DNA of 64,000 nucleotides from a bacterium (lineage in GTDB: Bacteria > Krumholzibacteriota > Krumholzibacteriia > G020349025). Positions within the stretch are counted from its first letter, which is position 1, and each line of letters starts with the position of its first letter. Below the pieces are notes generated by a model that searched no databases, was not told the origin of the DNA, and saw only the letters and a list, made by a program, of their open reading frames with translations. The translations under genes were made by a program, and so were the position numbers. The stretch is taken from contig JANLSU010000056.1 of assembly GCA_031362565.1 (NCBI GenBank), forward strand, positions 1 through 64,000. Reading direction: 5' to 3'. Shown here one piece after another: positions 39,961-49,052 of the stretch.

Positions 39961-42900
39961 GCCTCGCGTCGCTTGCCGTCAAACGGCCGGTCGCGACAAT
40001 GATGTTGTTGATCGCCGGCGTGCTCTTGGGCGTCGTGTCGCTGACCCGCATGGAATTGACGCTCCTCCCCAAGACCCAGGACGAGGAAATCACCGTTTGG
40101 ATTCCGGATCCCGACGCCGCGGTGCCGGAAATCGAACAGTCGGTGGCGCGGCCCGCTGAGGATGCACTCGTAACGGTGCGCGGCGTGGCCGGGGTTCGCA
40201 CTCACATCGTGGCCGGTGGTGTGTCGCTGCGGCTGCGATTGCACCCCGGCACCGACGCCGAGCTTGCGACGCTCGGGGTGCGCGAAAAACTCGAAGCCCT
40301 GCGCTGGCAACTTCCGGAAGGTGTCGGCCGCCCGCTCGTCCTCGGCGGATCGAGTCAGGACCGGCCGTCATTCGTGCTGGCGTTGGCGGCCGCCGATCTC
40401 GAAGGTGCCGCCGATTGGGCGCAAACGGTGCTCCGGCCGCGCCTCGAACAAACCGCAGGCGTGGCGCGCGCCGAAGTCGAAGGCGTGCCGCGGAAAGAGA
40501 TCCGCGTCGTGCCGGACGACGCGCGACTGCAAGCGGTGGGTTTGGGCGTCGATCAGTTGGCGGCGGCGATTCGCACTGCCAACGCGCCGTCGCCGGGCGG
40601 CACGCTCCGCCGGCGTGGCATCCGGTACGCGTTGCACGTCGATTCTGAACTCGCGACGGCTGAGCAGATCGCCGACGTCGTGGTTTCCGGCGACGCCGGC
40701 CGGCCGATCCGCGTCCGCGACGTGGCCCGCGTCGAAGACGGTATCGCGGTGCCGAACGGTTGGAGCCGGCTGGATGGCGCGCCGGCGATCGGCATTCTGG
40801 TGTACGAAGAGGCGGGCGCCAACCTGCTCCACACCGCGACGAAAGTGCGCGACCGGCTGGCCGAACTCGAGCGCGAGTTTCCCGATTTCCACGTCGCTAT
40901 CGTGCAGGATCCGGCGCCATTCGTACGCCAATCCATTTCGAATCTCTGGCAGGCGGTCTGGCTGGGCGGCCTGCTCGCATTCGGTGTATTGCTGTATTTC
41001 CTGGCCGAAATCCGTTCGCCGATCATCCTCATGACGACGCTGCCGGTGGCCGTTCTGACGTCCTTCGCGGTGTTGGACGCCATGGGAGTGTCGCTCAACA
41101 TGATGTCGCTGGGTGGCATCGCGCTGTCGGTCGGCACGCTCGTCGATAACAGCATCATCTGCCTCGACAACATGCACCGGTTGCGGGCCCAGGGCCTGTC
41201 GCCATCGCGCGCCGCCGCCGAAGGCGCCCGCGAAGTGTCGCTGCCGATGCTCGCCTCGACCTTCACGACGCTGTCGGTATTCGTGCCGCTGGCGCTCGTG
41301 CCCGGCCGCTTCGGGACGCTCTTCCGCGATCAGGCGGCGGCGGTTGCCGTATCGCAGATCGTCAGTTTGATCGTCTCGCTGACCCTGTTGCCGATGCTCG
41401 CGGCACGCATGGCGCCGCCGCGCCAACGCGCCGAGCGCTTGCCGTTCTTCCACTCCTACCACCGGCTCTTGGTGGGCTGCTTGCGCCGGCCGGCGCTCTT
41501 TCTGACCGTTCTCGGCGGGATCCTGACGATCAGCATCGTGTACTTGTTGCACGTGCCGCGCGAGATCCTGCCCGATGTGGCGTCGGAGGACGTGGAAATC
41601 CATTTGCAGTTGCCGCCCGGCAGCGATGTCACGACGACCGACGCCGCGGTGCAGCAAATCGAGGCGTGGATGCGCGCCCGTCCCGAGGTCGAGCGCATCC
41701 ATTCAACCATCGGCGCCGCCGGCACCTTCGATCCAAGCGAGATCGACCGCCAACTGCACCGGGCCACGCTCCGCGTGCGCCTGCATTCCAAGGACAAGGG
41801 CAAACGCCGGGCGCTCGTCGACGGTCTCGCAGCCCAATTCGCGCCGCACACCGAGTGGACCCTGGATGTGGCCGCGTCGCGGCCCGAGATCGCCAACCTG
41901 TTCTGGCGCGACTCGGCAACTCTCACCTGTGAGATCTCCGGGCCCGACATCGCGGCCGCCCAGGATCTGGCGGCGCGCATTCTCGCTGCCGCGCAGCCGC
42001 AGGTTGGCGACGCAGCCCACCCGTTGCATCTGCCGGAGATCGAACTGGAGCCGCGCTACGCGCTGACCCTCGACGCCGATGCCGTATGGCGGCACGGACT
42101 GCGCACCGAGGACGTGCTTTGCGCCGTGCAAGCGCGCACCTCGGGCTACGAAGCATTGCGCGTTCGGCGCTTCGACAGCGAGGATCCGGTCGTCATCCGC
42201 GCCGCCGACGGCGCCTCACCGGCCGAGGCGAGCATTGTCGTCGGCGGCCGCACTTATCCGATCCGCGAACTCTTCCGGGTCCGCACCGAACTCGGGCCGG
42301 CCGGACTCGTACGCGTCGATCAAGCCCGCGTCGCAACCATTCATTGGGACGGTCCGTTGCAAAACGTCGCGCACGTGCGCTCGGCACTCGACCAGGCGAC
42401 AGCCGCGATCGGACTTCCCGCCGGTTATACGGTGCGCTACGGCGGCGCCTACGATGAAATGCGCACCACGCTCACCGGACTGGTGCGCGTCTTCGCGCTC
42501 TCGGCCGGACTCGTGTTCTTGATTCTGGCGGCGCAGTTCGAATCCGTCCGCCTGCCGCTCATCGTCTTCACGGATATTCCGCTCGCCCTGATCGGCGTCG
42601 CGCTGGCGCTCCTCGTATCGCGACAGAGCCTGAATGCGCTGTCGCTGGTCGGCGTCGTCATTCTGAACGGCGTCGTCGTCAACGATTCCATCTTGAAAGT
42701 GGATCTTCTGAATCGCCTGCAGCGCGAAGGCGTCGGCCGTTTGCGGGCGCTGTTCGTGACCAGCCGGCGGCACTACCGGCCGATCTGGATGACGACGATG
42801 AGTTCGGTGTTCGGGCTCGTGCCGGTGTTCTTCGGCACCGGCTCGGAATTGCTGTCGTCGCTCGCCACCACAGTCATCGGCGGCCTCCTGGTGTCGACGA

Positions 42901-43025
42901 TCCTGACCTTGCTCGTGGTGCCGGTCATCTTCCATTGGATCGCCGGGCAGCCGAAGGTGCGACGCGCGGCGAGCTCCCGGGCACTCACTGCCGGTGGCGA
43001 ACTCGGCGCGGAGGCGATTGCATGA
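39957..43025 (+). CDS. RND efflux permease (AcrB/AcrD/AcrF family), subunit 1, 1022 aa
   Basis: RPVAT, LNMMSLGG..L.VG.LVDNSII, L..QFES...P, G.VVND.IL and RPIWMTT motifs. ATGA overlap with the adaptor gene. Confidence 0.93.
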   Translation: MSLASLAVKRPVATMMLLIAGVLLGVVSLTRMELTLLPKTQDEEITVWIPDPDAAVPEIEQSVARPAEDALVTVRGVAGVRTHIVAGGVSLRLRLHPGTDAELATLGVREKLEALRWQLPEGVGRPLVLGGSSQDRPSFVLALAAADLEGAADWAQTVLRPRLEQTAGVARAEVEGVPRKEIRVVPDDARLQAVGLGVDQLAAAIRTANAPSPGGTLRRRGIRYALHVDSELATAEQIADVVVSGDAGRPIRVRDVARVEDGIAVPNGWSRLDGAPAIGILVYEEAGANLLHTATKVRDRLAELEREFPDFHVAIVQDPAPFVRQSISNLWQAVWLGGLLAFGVLLYFLAEIRSPIILMTTLPVAVLTSFAVLDAMGVSLNMMSLGGIALSVGTLVDNSIICLDNMHRLRAQGLSPSRAAAEGAREVSLPMLASTFTTLSVFVPLALVPGRFGTLFRDQAAAVAVSQIVSLIVSLTLLPMLAARMAPPRQRAERLPFFHSYHRLLVGCLRRPALFLTVLGGILTISIVYLLHVPREILPDVASEDVEIHLQLPPGSDVTTTDAAVQQIEAWMRARPEVERIHSTIGAAGTFDPSEIDRQLHRATLRVRLHSKDKGKRRALVDGLAAQFAPHTEWTLDVAASRPEIANLFWRDSATLTCEISGPDIAAAQDLAARILAAAQPQVGDAAHPLHLPEIELEPRYALTLDADAVWRHGLRTEDVLCAVQARTSGYEALRVRRFDSEDPVVIRAADGASPAEASIVVGGRTYPIRELFRVRTELGPAGLVRVDQARVATIHWDGPLQNVAHVRSALDQATAAIGLPAGYTVRYGGAYDEMRTTLTGLVRVFALSAGLVFLILAAQFESVRLPLIVFTDIPLALIGVALALLVSRQSLNALSLVGVVILNGVVVNDSILKVDLLNRLQREGVGRLRALFVTSRRHYRPIWMTTMSSVFGLVPVFFGTGSELLSSLATTVIGGLLVSTILTLLVVPVIFHWIAGQPKVRRAASSRALTAGGELGAEAIA

Positions 43026-46000
43026 AAGCGCTCGCCTTGCCGCTTCGCCGTCCGGTCGGCACCGCGGCGCTCTATGCCGCGCTCTTGCTGCTTGCCCTCT
43101 ATGCCATGAACGGCCTGCCGCTGGCGCTGGCTCCCGATACCACCCAACCGCAACTCAGTGTTCAGGTGGCGTGGGCCAACGCCACCCCCGAAGCCATGGA
43201 AGCTCTCGTCACGTCGCCCATCGAGGCCGAGGCCGAGAGATTGCGCGGCGTCCGCGAGGTGAGTTCCACGAGCGGCATCGGCTGGGCCGAGATCAACGTC
43301 CAATATGAACGCGGCACGCGCATGGATCGCGCCGCGGTGTTTCTGCGCGAGCGCTTGGCGGCGTTGCGCGAGACACTGCCGAAAGGGGTCTCGCCGCCCG
43401 AGATCACGTCCACCGGTTCGAGCGACGACGACGGTGGCCGTTTCCTGGTACTGCGCGCCGGCGGGCCGCGGACCGCGGAAGCGCTCCGGCAACTGCTCCT
43501 GGATACCGTGTCGCCGCGGCTCGCGGCCGTGCCCGGCGTCGCATCGGTGCGCATCTTCGGTGGTGGCGAACGCGAGATTCATTTGGATGTCGACCAGCGC
43601 GCCGTCGAACGCGGCCAAGTGACGCCAGGAGCGGTCGTCGCATCGCTGGCGAATATCGGCGGAACCCGCAGCTTGGGCGCCATCGTGCGCGGTGGTTCGC
43701 GGCTCCCGGTCGTCCTCGAACGGCCCGAACCGCGCGCCGAGTTCGTACGCGCCCAACCCGTCGCCGGCGACGCCAGCCATCCCGTCGGTATGGGAGCGAT
43801 TGCCAACGTGCGCGACGCGTGGCGCGATCCCAGGCGCTTGGCGCGCATCAACGGCGAGCCGGCGGTCCAGGTCGTGCTCGAACGCGAACCCGGCAGTAAC
43901 GTCTTGCGCGTCGCCAAGGCAGCCCGCGCGGCACTCGCCACGCTCCGCTCTCAGTTGCCGCCCGATGTCACCATCGAGCCGATCTACGACCAGAGTGAAC
44001 AGATTGGCCGCGAACTGACCGCCCTCGGACACCGGTCGAGCTGGTGCGTGGCCGCCGTATTCGTGGTGCTCGTGCTGTCGCTGCGCCGCATCCGGGCGCC
44101 GTTCGCGGTGCTGGGCGCGGTTTTCTGCTCGGCGCTCCTGACCTTCTTGTTGTTTCGCGCTATGGGGCTCGGCATCAATCTCGTGACCCTTTCCGGCCTG
44201 GCGCTCGCCTTTGGAATGACGGTCGACAGTTCGATCGTGCTGCTGCAAAGCATCGCCCAGCACGCGCGCGGCACGCGCTCCGTCCCATGGGTCGTGGCGG
44301 CCGTGCGGCAAGTACTCCTGCCGTTGCTCGCCGGCACCCTCACGACCGCTGTCGTCATGGTGCCGTTCTTGTACGTGAGTGGCGATCTGCGAACCTATGA
44401 TCTGCCGTTCGTGTTGGCAGTCTGCTTGTCACTCCTTGCATCGTTTTTCGTGGGCGTCACGCTGACGCCGCTTTTGGCGCGCGCCGTACTGGGACCACGC
44501 CGGCAGGGGGCACCCGCGCTCCGCCGCACCGGCCGGGTAACAACATGGTGGAGGGTGCCGGACCGCCTGGCGCGCATCCGCCTCCCGACGGTCGAACGCC
44601 TCTACGCCCCGTTCCTCGACCGCGTGCTGCGGCGCCCTTGGGTGCCGGTTACAATCGCGGTTGTGGCATTCGCCGCCAGCCTGTGGGTGTTTCACAATCA
44701 TGTCGGCCGCGGTTCGTTGTTCGCGTCGGATCCCGATACCGGCATCCGCGTTTCGGTAGCGTTGCCGCGCGGTGCCGAGATCGAACGCACCGACGCCCTC
44801 GTCTCGCGCTTCGAAACGCTGCTGCTCGAGCACCCGTTTCACGGCCGCGGTTACATCGAGCAGGTGCAAGCCTTCCTCTGGGACAACCGCGGCATGCTGG
44901 ATGTGCGTTTGGAGCGCGGCGTCGCGCTCTCGACCGTGCCGGCGAGTTTGCAGCAGGAACTCGTCACCCTCGCGGCGACGATTTCCGGCGCCGAGATCAA
45001 CGTTTCGGGATACGGGCCGGGCTTCAGCAGCAGCCGGGCGCAAACGACACCGTCGTACCAACTGACGCTCCGCGGCCCGGACTACCAGCGGCTTTCGAAA
45101 GTCGCCGACGATCTCGGCCGGCGCTTGGGGCGCGAGGCGCGGGTGCGCGACATCGACACCAATTCGGCCGGCTTCACTGTCGAGGCTGCAACCGATCTGG
45201 CGCTCGTTCCGGATCGTGCCGCGCTCGCCCGCATGGGCGTGCCGATGAGCGACTTCGTGAATGCCATCCAACCGGCGGTAGCCGGCGAGTTCGGCGACCG
45301 CGTTCTGAACGGCGCCGAAGGCGACGTCCCGGCACGCATTCGCTATGGCGATGGACGCTCGTTGACCCGCGAGGAGTTGCTCGCCGCGTTCCAAAGCACC
45401 AACCGCGGTGTCGCCGTGCCGTTCGAGAGTGTGATGCGCGTCGAAGAACGGCCCGTGCAGGCCGAGATCCGCCGGCATCGCCAGCAGTACGAGCGTTTGG
45501 TCACCTTCGACTACCGGGGTCCGCGCCGGGCCGGCAACAACTTCGTCCAATCCTTCCTGGCCGGCACCGCACTGGCGCCGGGTTACACCGTCGAGGACGG
45601 GCTCGGCCTTTTCTTGACCCGCACCGAGGAACGCGAACTCGGCGTCGCGCTCGCCCTAGCGCTCGGGCTCGTGTACATGGTGGCGGCGGCGCTCTTCGAG
45701 AGTCTGCGCCTGCCGTTCGTGGCGCTGCTCGCACTGCCCTTCGGCTTCGTCGGGATCAGTGCCACTTTCTGGGCCACGGGTGAGTCGTTCGACCGCGCCG
45801 CGTACGTCGGTCTCATCCTCTTAGCCGGCATCGCCATCAATAGCGCGCTCCTGCTCGTGCACCGGGCCGGCAGCTTGCTGCGGCGCGGATTGCATCGGAC
45901 GCCGGCCATCCGGCGCGCGGCGCTCGAGCGCTGCCGCCCCATCTTGATGACCACCGCAACGAGCGTTGCGGGCCTTCTGCCGCTCGCGATTGCCAATGAC

Positions 46001-47383
46001 ACGGGTGCTGCCGACACCTGGCGCGCACTGGCGCTAGCCGCGTGTTCGGGTCTGGCCGCCGCGGCGCTGGCGACGCTCGCCGTCGTGCCGGCGCTTTTCG
46101 TGTGGTTCGCACCGCGCGAGCGCGCCGTGCCAACCCTCGGTACCGACGATTGTTTGAATCACGTTCGAGTCTCTCTTAGCGAAAGGAAGTGTTCGATGCA
46201 ACGCAAATGGATCGGAACTCTGCTCGTCGCAGCCATCGCCTCGGGGGCGCACGCCGCGGACACGGGCAAGACCATCGAGGCGAAATCCCCGGCCGGCAAG
46301 GGCGGCTATCGCATCCAGAGTGCGGTTGCGATCGGTGGCGCCCAAGCGCCCGACAACGCGCAGTTCTACGAGAAGGCAGGCCGTACCGACGTCGGCGCCG
46401 ACGCCCAAGGCAACATCTACGTCTTGGACAGCGGCGGGCCGCGCGTGCAAGTGTTCGACGCTGCAGGGCATTTTGTCCGCAGCTTCGGCAAGTCGGGCGA
46501 AGGCCCCGGTGAACTCAAAATGCCGGGCGACATCGCGGTCGCCGGCGACGGCCGCAGCGCCATCTTCGACATGGCGTTGCAGCGCATCACCGTCTTCGAC
46601 AACAGTGGGAAAATGCTGCGCGATCAACTCGTGACCGGCCCCGTCACCAGCATGATCTGGAACGGCAATGACAATCTGGTCGTGGCGATGCGTGGCCCCG
46701 GCGGCGACGCGGTCCAAGAGTTCGACGCGGCCGGCAAGCAACTGTGGAGCAACCAGCCCGCGGACACCGCCCCACAGGCAGGCGGCCGCCGCATGCTGAT
46801 CTCGATCGGCAATGAAACCGTCGGGCCGCGCCTCGCGCCCGGGCCCGGCGGCGAGGTCTTTTTTGGCGCCAACGAGGTGTACGGGGTGCAACGGCTTGCA
46901 AGAGGCGACATCAAGCAGACCTGGCGTCGCGCCTACGAGCGTCAGGCCCGCCAAGCCTTGCCGCAGCGCCGTTCCGGCGATGACGGTGACGGCGGCGCCC
47001 AAATGGTGGTCATTCGCCGCGAAGGCGGTGGCGGTGGTGCCGACGCCGGGCACACGAGTGTCACGACGTCGAACGGCGCCCAGTCATCCACCACGACACT
47101 CAACATGGCCGACATCGAAAAAATGCTCCCGAAGTTCAGCCCCGATATTCGCGGTCTCGTCGCCTGGCCCGACGGCCGCCTCTGGGTCGTCACTTCGACG
47201 AACGACGGTGATAACATGGTCACGGACGAATGGTCGGCCGAGGGCGAATACCTGAAGCGCTTCGCGGTGCCTGCCGCCTACAGCCGCTTGAAGCTCGGCG
47301 CCGATGGCAAGCTGTATGGTGTGGCGCATGACAGCGACGACTATCCGGTCGTGCACCGCCTCGATGTAGTTCCGACGCCGTAA
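43022..47383 (+). CDS. RND efflux permease subunit 2 fused in frame to a C-terminal NHL/6-bladed beta-propeller module, 1453 aa
   Basis: RND motifs (RRPV, INLVTLSGLAL.FGM.VDSSIV, LFES...PF, RPILMTT) end near 46110. There is no in-frame stop before the propeller module at 46196-47383. Confidence 0.85.
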   Translation: MKALALPLRRPVGTAALYAALLLLALYAMNGLPLALAPDTTQPQLSVQVAWANATPEAMEALVTSPIEAEAERLRGVREVSSTSGIGWAEINVQYERGTRMDRAAVFLRERLAALRETLPKGVSPPEITSTGSSDDDGGRFLVLRAGGPRTAEALRQLLLDTVSPRLAAVPGVASVRIFGGGEREIHLDVDQRAVERGQVTPGAVVASLANIGGTRSLGAIVRGGSRLPVVLERPEPRAEFVRAQPVAGDASHPVGMGAIANVRDAWRDPRRLARINGEPAVQVVLEREPGSNVLRVAKAARAALATLRSQLPPDVTIEPIYDQSEQIGRELTALGHRSSWCVAAVFVVLVLSLRRIRAPFAVLGAVFCSALLTFLLFRAMGLGINLVTLSGLALAFGMTVDSSIVLLQSIAQHARGTRSVPWVVAAVRQVLLPLLAGTLTTAVVMVPFLYVSGDLRTYDLPFVLAVCLSLLASFFVGVTLTPLLARAVLGPRRQGAPALRRTGRVTTWWRVPDRLARIRLPTVERLYAPFLDRVLRRPWVPVTIAVVAFAASLWVFHNHVGRGSLFASDPDTGIRVSVALPRGAEIERTDALVSRFETLLLEHPFHGRGYIEQVQAFLWDNRGMLDVRLERGVALSTVPASLQQELVTLAATISGAEINVSGYGPGFSSSRAQTTPSYQLTLRGPDYQRLSKVADDLGRRLGREARVRDIDTNSAGFTVEAATDLALVPDRAALARMGVPMSDFVNAIQPAVAGEFGDRVLNGAEGDVPARIRYGDGRSLTREELLAAFQSTNRGVAVPFESVMRVEERPVQAEIRRHRQQYERLVTFDYRGPRRAGNNFVQSFLAGTALAPGYTVEDGLGLFLTRTEERELGVALALALGLVYMVAAALFESLRLPFVALLALPFGFVGISATFWATGESFDRAAYVGLILLAGIAINSALLLVHRAGSLLRRGLHRTPAIRRAALERCRPILMTTATSVAGLLPLAIANDTGAADTWRALALAACSGLAAAALATLAVVPALFVWFAPRERAVPTLGTDDCLNHVRVSLSERKCSMQRKWIGTLLVAAIASGAHAADTGKTIEAKSPAGKGGYRIQSAVAIGGAQAPDNAQFYEKAGRTDVGADAQGNIYVLDSGGPRVQVFDAAGHFVRSFGKSGEGPGELKMPGDIAVAGDGRSAIFDMALQRITVFDNSGKMLRDQLVTGPVTSMIWNGNDNLVVAMRGPGGDAVQEFDAAGKQLWSNQPADTAPQAGGRRMLISIGNETVGPRLAPGPGGEVFFGANEVYGVQRLARGDIKQTWRRAYERQARQALPQRRSGDDGDGGAQMVVIRREGGGGGADAGHTSVTTSNGAQSSTTTLNMADIEKMLPKFSPDIRGLVAWPDGRLWVVTSTNDGDNMVTDEWSAEGEYLKRFAVPAAYSRLKLGADGKLYGVAHDSDDYPVVHRLDVVPTP
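46196..47383 (+). CDS. Exported NHL/6-bladed beta-propeller protein (probable internal in-frame start within the RND ORF), 395 aa
   Basis: AAAGGA SD at 46182-46187, ATG 46196, Sec signal MQRKWIGTLLVAAIASGAHA|A, and NHL-like D..GNIYVLD....VQVFD..G.FVRSFG..GEGPGE repeats. Confidence 0.7.
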   Translation: MQRKWIGTLLVAAIASGAHAADTGKTIEAKSPAGKGGYRIQSAVAIGGAQAPDNAQFYEKAGRTDVGADAQGNIYVLDSGGPRVQVFDAAGHFVRSFGKSGEGPGELKMPGDIAVAGDGRSAIFDMALQRITVFDNSGKMLRDQLVTGPVTSMIWNGNDNLVVAMRGPGGDAVQEFDAAGKQLWSNQPADTAPQAGGRRMLISIGNETVGPRLAPGPGGEVFFGANEVYGVQRLARGDIKQTWRRAYERQARQALPQRRSGDDGDGGAQMVVIRREGGGGGADAGHTSVTTSNGAQSSTTTLNMADIEKMLPKFSPDIRGLVAWPDGRLWVVTSTNDGDNMVTDEWSAEGEYLKRFAVPAAYSRLKLGADGKLYGVAHDSDDYPVVHRLDVVPTP

Positions 47384-47393
47384 GGGATTGCGG

Positions 47394-49052
47394 ATGACAC
47401 TCCGGACGAGACTCGCCGCCACGATGGTGCTGGTGCTTTTGGCCGTCGTGGCGGTGCAGTTCGTCCTGGCGGAGCGCGAGCGGCGTGATCTAGTGGATCA
47501 CCTAGCGCAAATCTCCAGCGAGGTCGACCGCTCGACCGCCGTGTTCGCGCAGCGCGTGCACGAGTTGGCGACCTCCAGCGGACCGGCGCAGTTCGACGCT
47601 CTGTTGCGTGAGATCGCTCCCGACCGGGCACGCGGCCTCGCAGGCGACGGCACGACCAAGATGCGGGTCCTCGTCTTCACCGATTCCTTGCGCTTGCGTC
47701 CAGCGAATCCCGACCTGCGCCGCCGCGGCCCGGAAACACTGGCGTTGAACGTCATGGAACGAGCCCTCGTCCTCAACGATTCGGGGCCGGCTCGCCCCCG
47801 CACCCACACCGAGCGCATCGTGTGGATGAAGCGCGGCGGAGTCGTGGCGGTCATCGACTCGTTTTCGAGCGATTCGTCGCTTGCACTGCCGCTGCAACGC
47901 GCGGCGGCCACGCTACCCCCGGCCCGAACGCCGCAGGCCGACAGCACCGCCAGCGCCGATCTCAAACGTGACTTCGTGATCAATTTGCCACTGCCGGCCG
48001 TCGACACCGACTCGACCTACTCACTGCAAATGCGTTACTCGTACGCCAGCCTGGCCGAAGAGTTGGCGCACTCGCGCCGCCGCAGCCTGTTGTGGCTCGC
48101 GGCACTGCTCGGCATGGGAACGCTGGCCGCCACCGCGGTCGCGGGCCAATTCACGCGCCCGATCCGCGCCCTCGAGGCATCCTTCGGGCGCGTCGTCCAG
48201 GGCGATCTCGAGGTGCGGTTGCGCCCGGAACGCAACGACGAGATCGGCCACCTCACCGAGTCGTTCAACGGCATGGTGGCGCGCTTGGGAGCGTCGCAGC
48301 GCATGGCGGAACGCCTCGCCGAGTCGGAGCATCTGGCCTCTCTCGGACAACTCGCCGCCGGCGTCGCGCACGAGATTCGTAACCCGTTGAACGCGATCCT
48401 GCTCAACCTGCAGCACATGCACGACCGGCTGGCACGGGCCCTGCCGGCGGGAGCGGCGCCGCGCGATGACTTGGACAAATATCACGCCCGCATTTCATCC
48501 GAGATCGAACGCTTGGAAGGCATGGTCGGTTCATTCTTGGATCTCGCCAAATCGGCGGAATTGAACCTCGAGAGCGTCGACTTGAGCGCCGGCCTGCGTG
48601 GCGCGGTCGAACTCTTCCGGCCGGTCGCCAACGAACGTGGCGTCCAACTCGGGCTCGATACGAGCGGCGATTTGCGCGTGCCGGCCGACCCGGCGCGCCT
48701 GCCCACGGTGTGGAACAATCTGCTCGCCAACGCCATTCAGGCGACACCCGCGGGCGGCAGCGTCACGGTGCGGGCGCGACCGAGCGCCACGCACGTCGAT
48801 GTGGTTGTCGAAGACACCGGCGCCGGGATTCCGGCCGAGGTGCGGGGGCGCATTTGGGAGCCCTTCTATTCCGGCCGCGAGAATGGCACGGGATTGGGGC
48901 TCGCGATCGTGCGCTCGACAGTGCAACATCACGGCGGCTCGGTCGAGGTCGAGTGTCCACCGGAAGGTGGGACGCGCATGCACGTGCGACTGCCCCTCGA
49001 ACCGCCGCCCCGGGCGGGCGGCACGGACCGGTCACCGGAGGCTGCCGCATGA
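47394..49052 (+). CDS. HAMP-domain sensor histidine kinase, 552 aa
   Basis: Two TMs flanking a periplasmic domain, HAMP (P...L......V..GDL...DEIG.L..SFN.M), H-box AHEIRNPLN, NLL.NA, D.G.G and GTGLGL. Confidence 0.95.
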   Translation: MTLRTRLAATMVLVLLAVVAVQFVLAERERRDLVDHLAQISSEVDRSTAVFAQRVHELATSSGPAQFDALLREIAPDRARGLAGDGTTKMRVLVFTDSLRLRPANPDLRRRGPETLALNVMERALVLNDSGPARPRTHTERIVWMKRGGVVAVIDSFSSDSSLALPLQRAAATLPPARTPQADSTASADLKRDFVINLPLPAVDTDSTYSLQMRYSYASLAEELAHSRRRSLLWLAALLGMGTLAATAVAGQFTRPIRALEASFGRVVQGDLEVRLRPERNDEIGHLTESFNGMVARLGASQRMAERLAESEHLASLGQLAAGVAHEIRNPLNAILLNLQHMHDRLARALPAGAAPRDDLDKYHARISSEIERLEGMVGSFLDLAKSAELNLESVDLSAGLRGAVELFRPVANERGVQLGLDTSGDLRVPADPARLPTVWNNLLANAIQATPAGGSVTVRARPSATHVDVVVEDTGAGIPAEVRGRIWEPFYSGRENGTGLGLAIVRSTVQHHGGSVEVECPPEGGTRMHVRLPLEPPPRAGGTDRSPEAAA

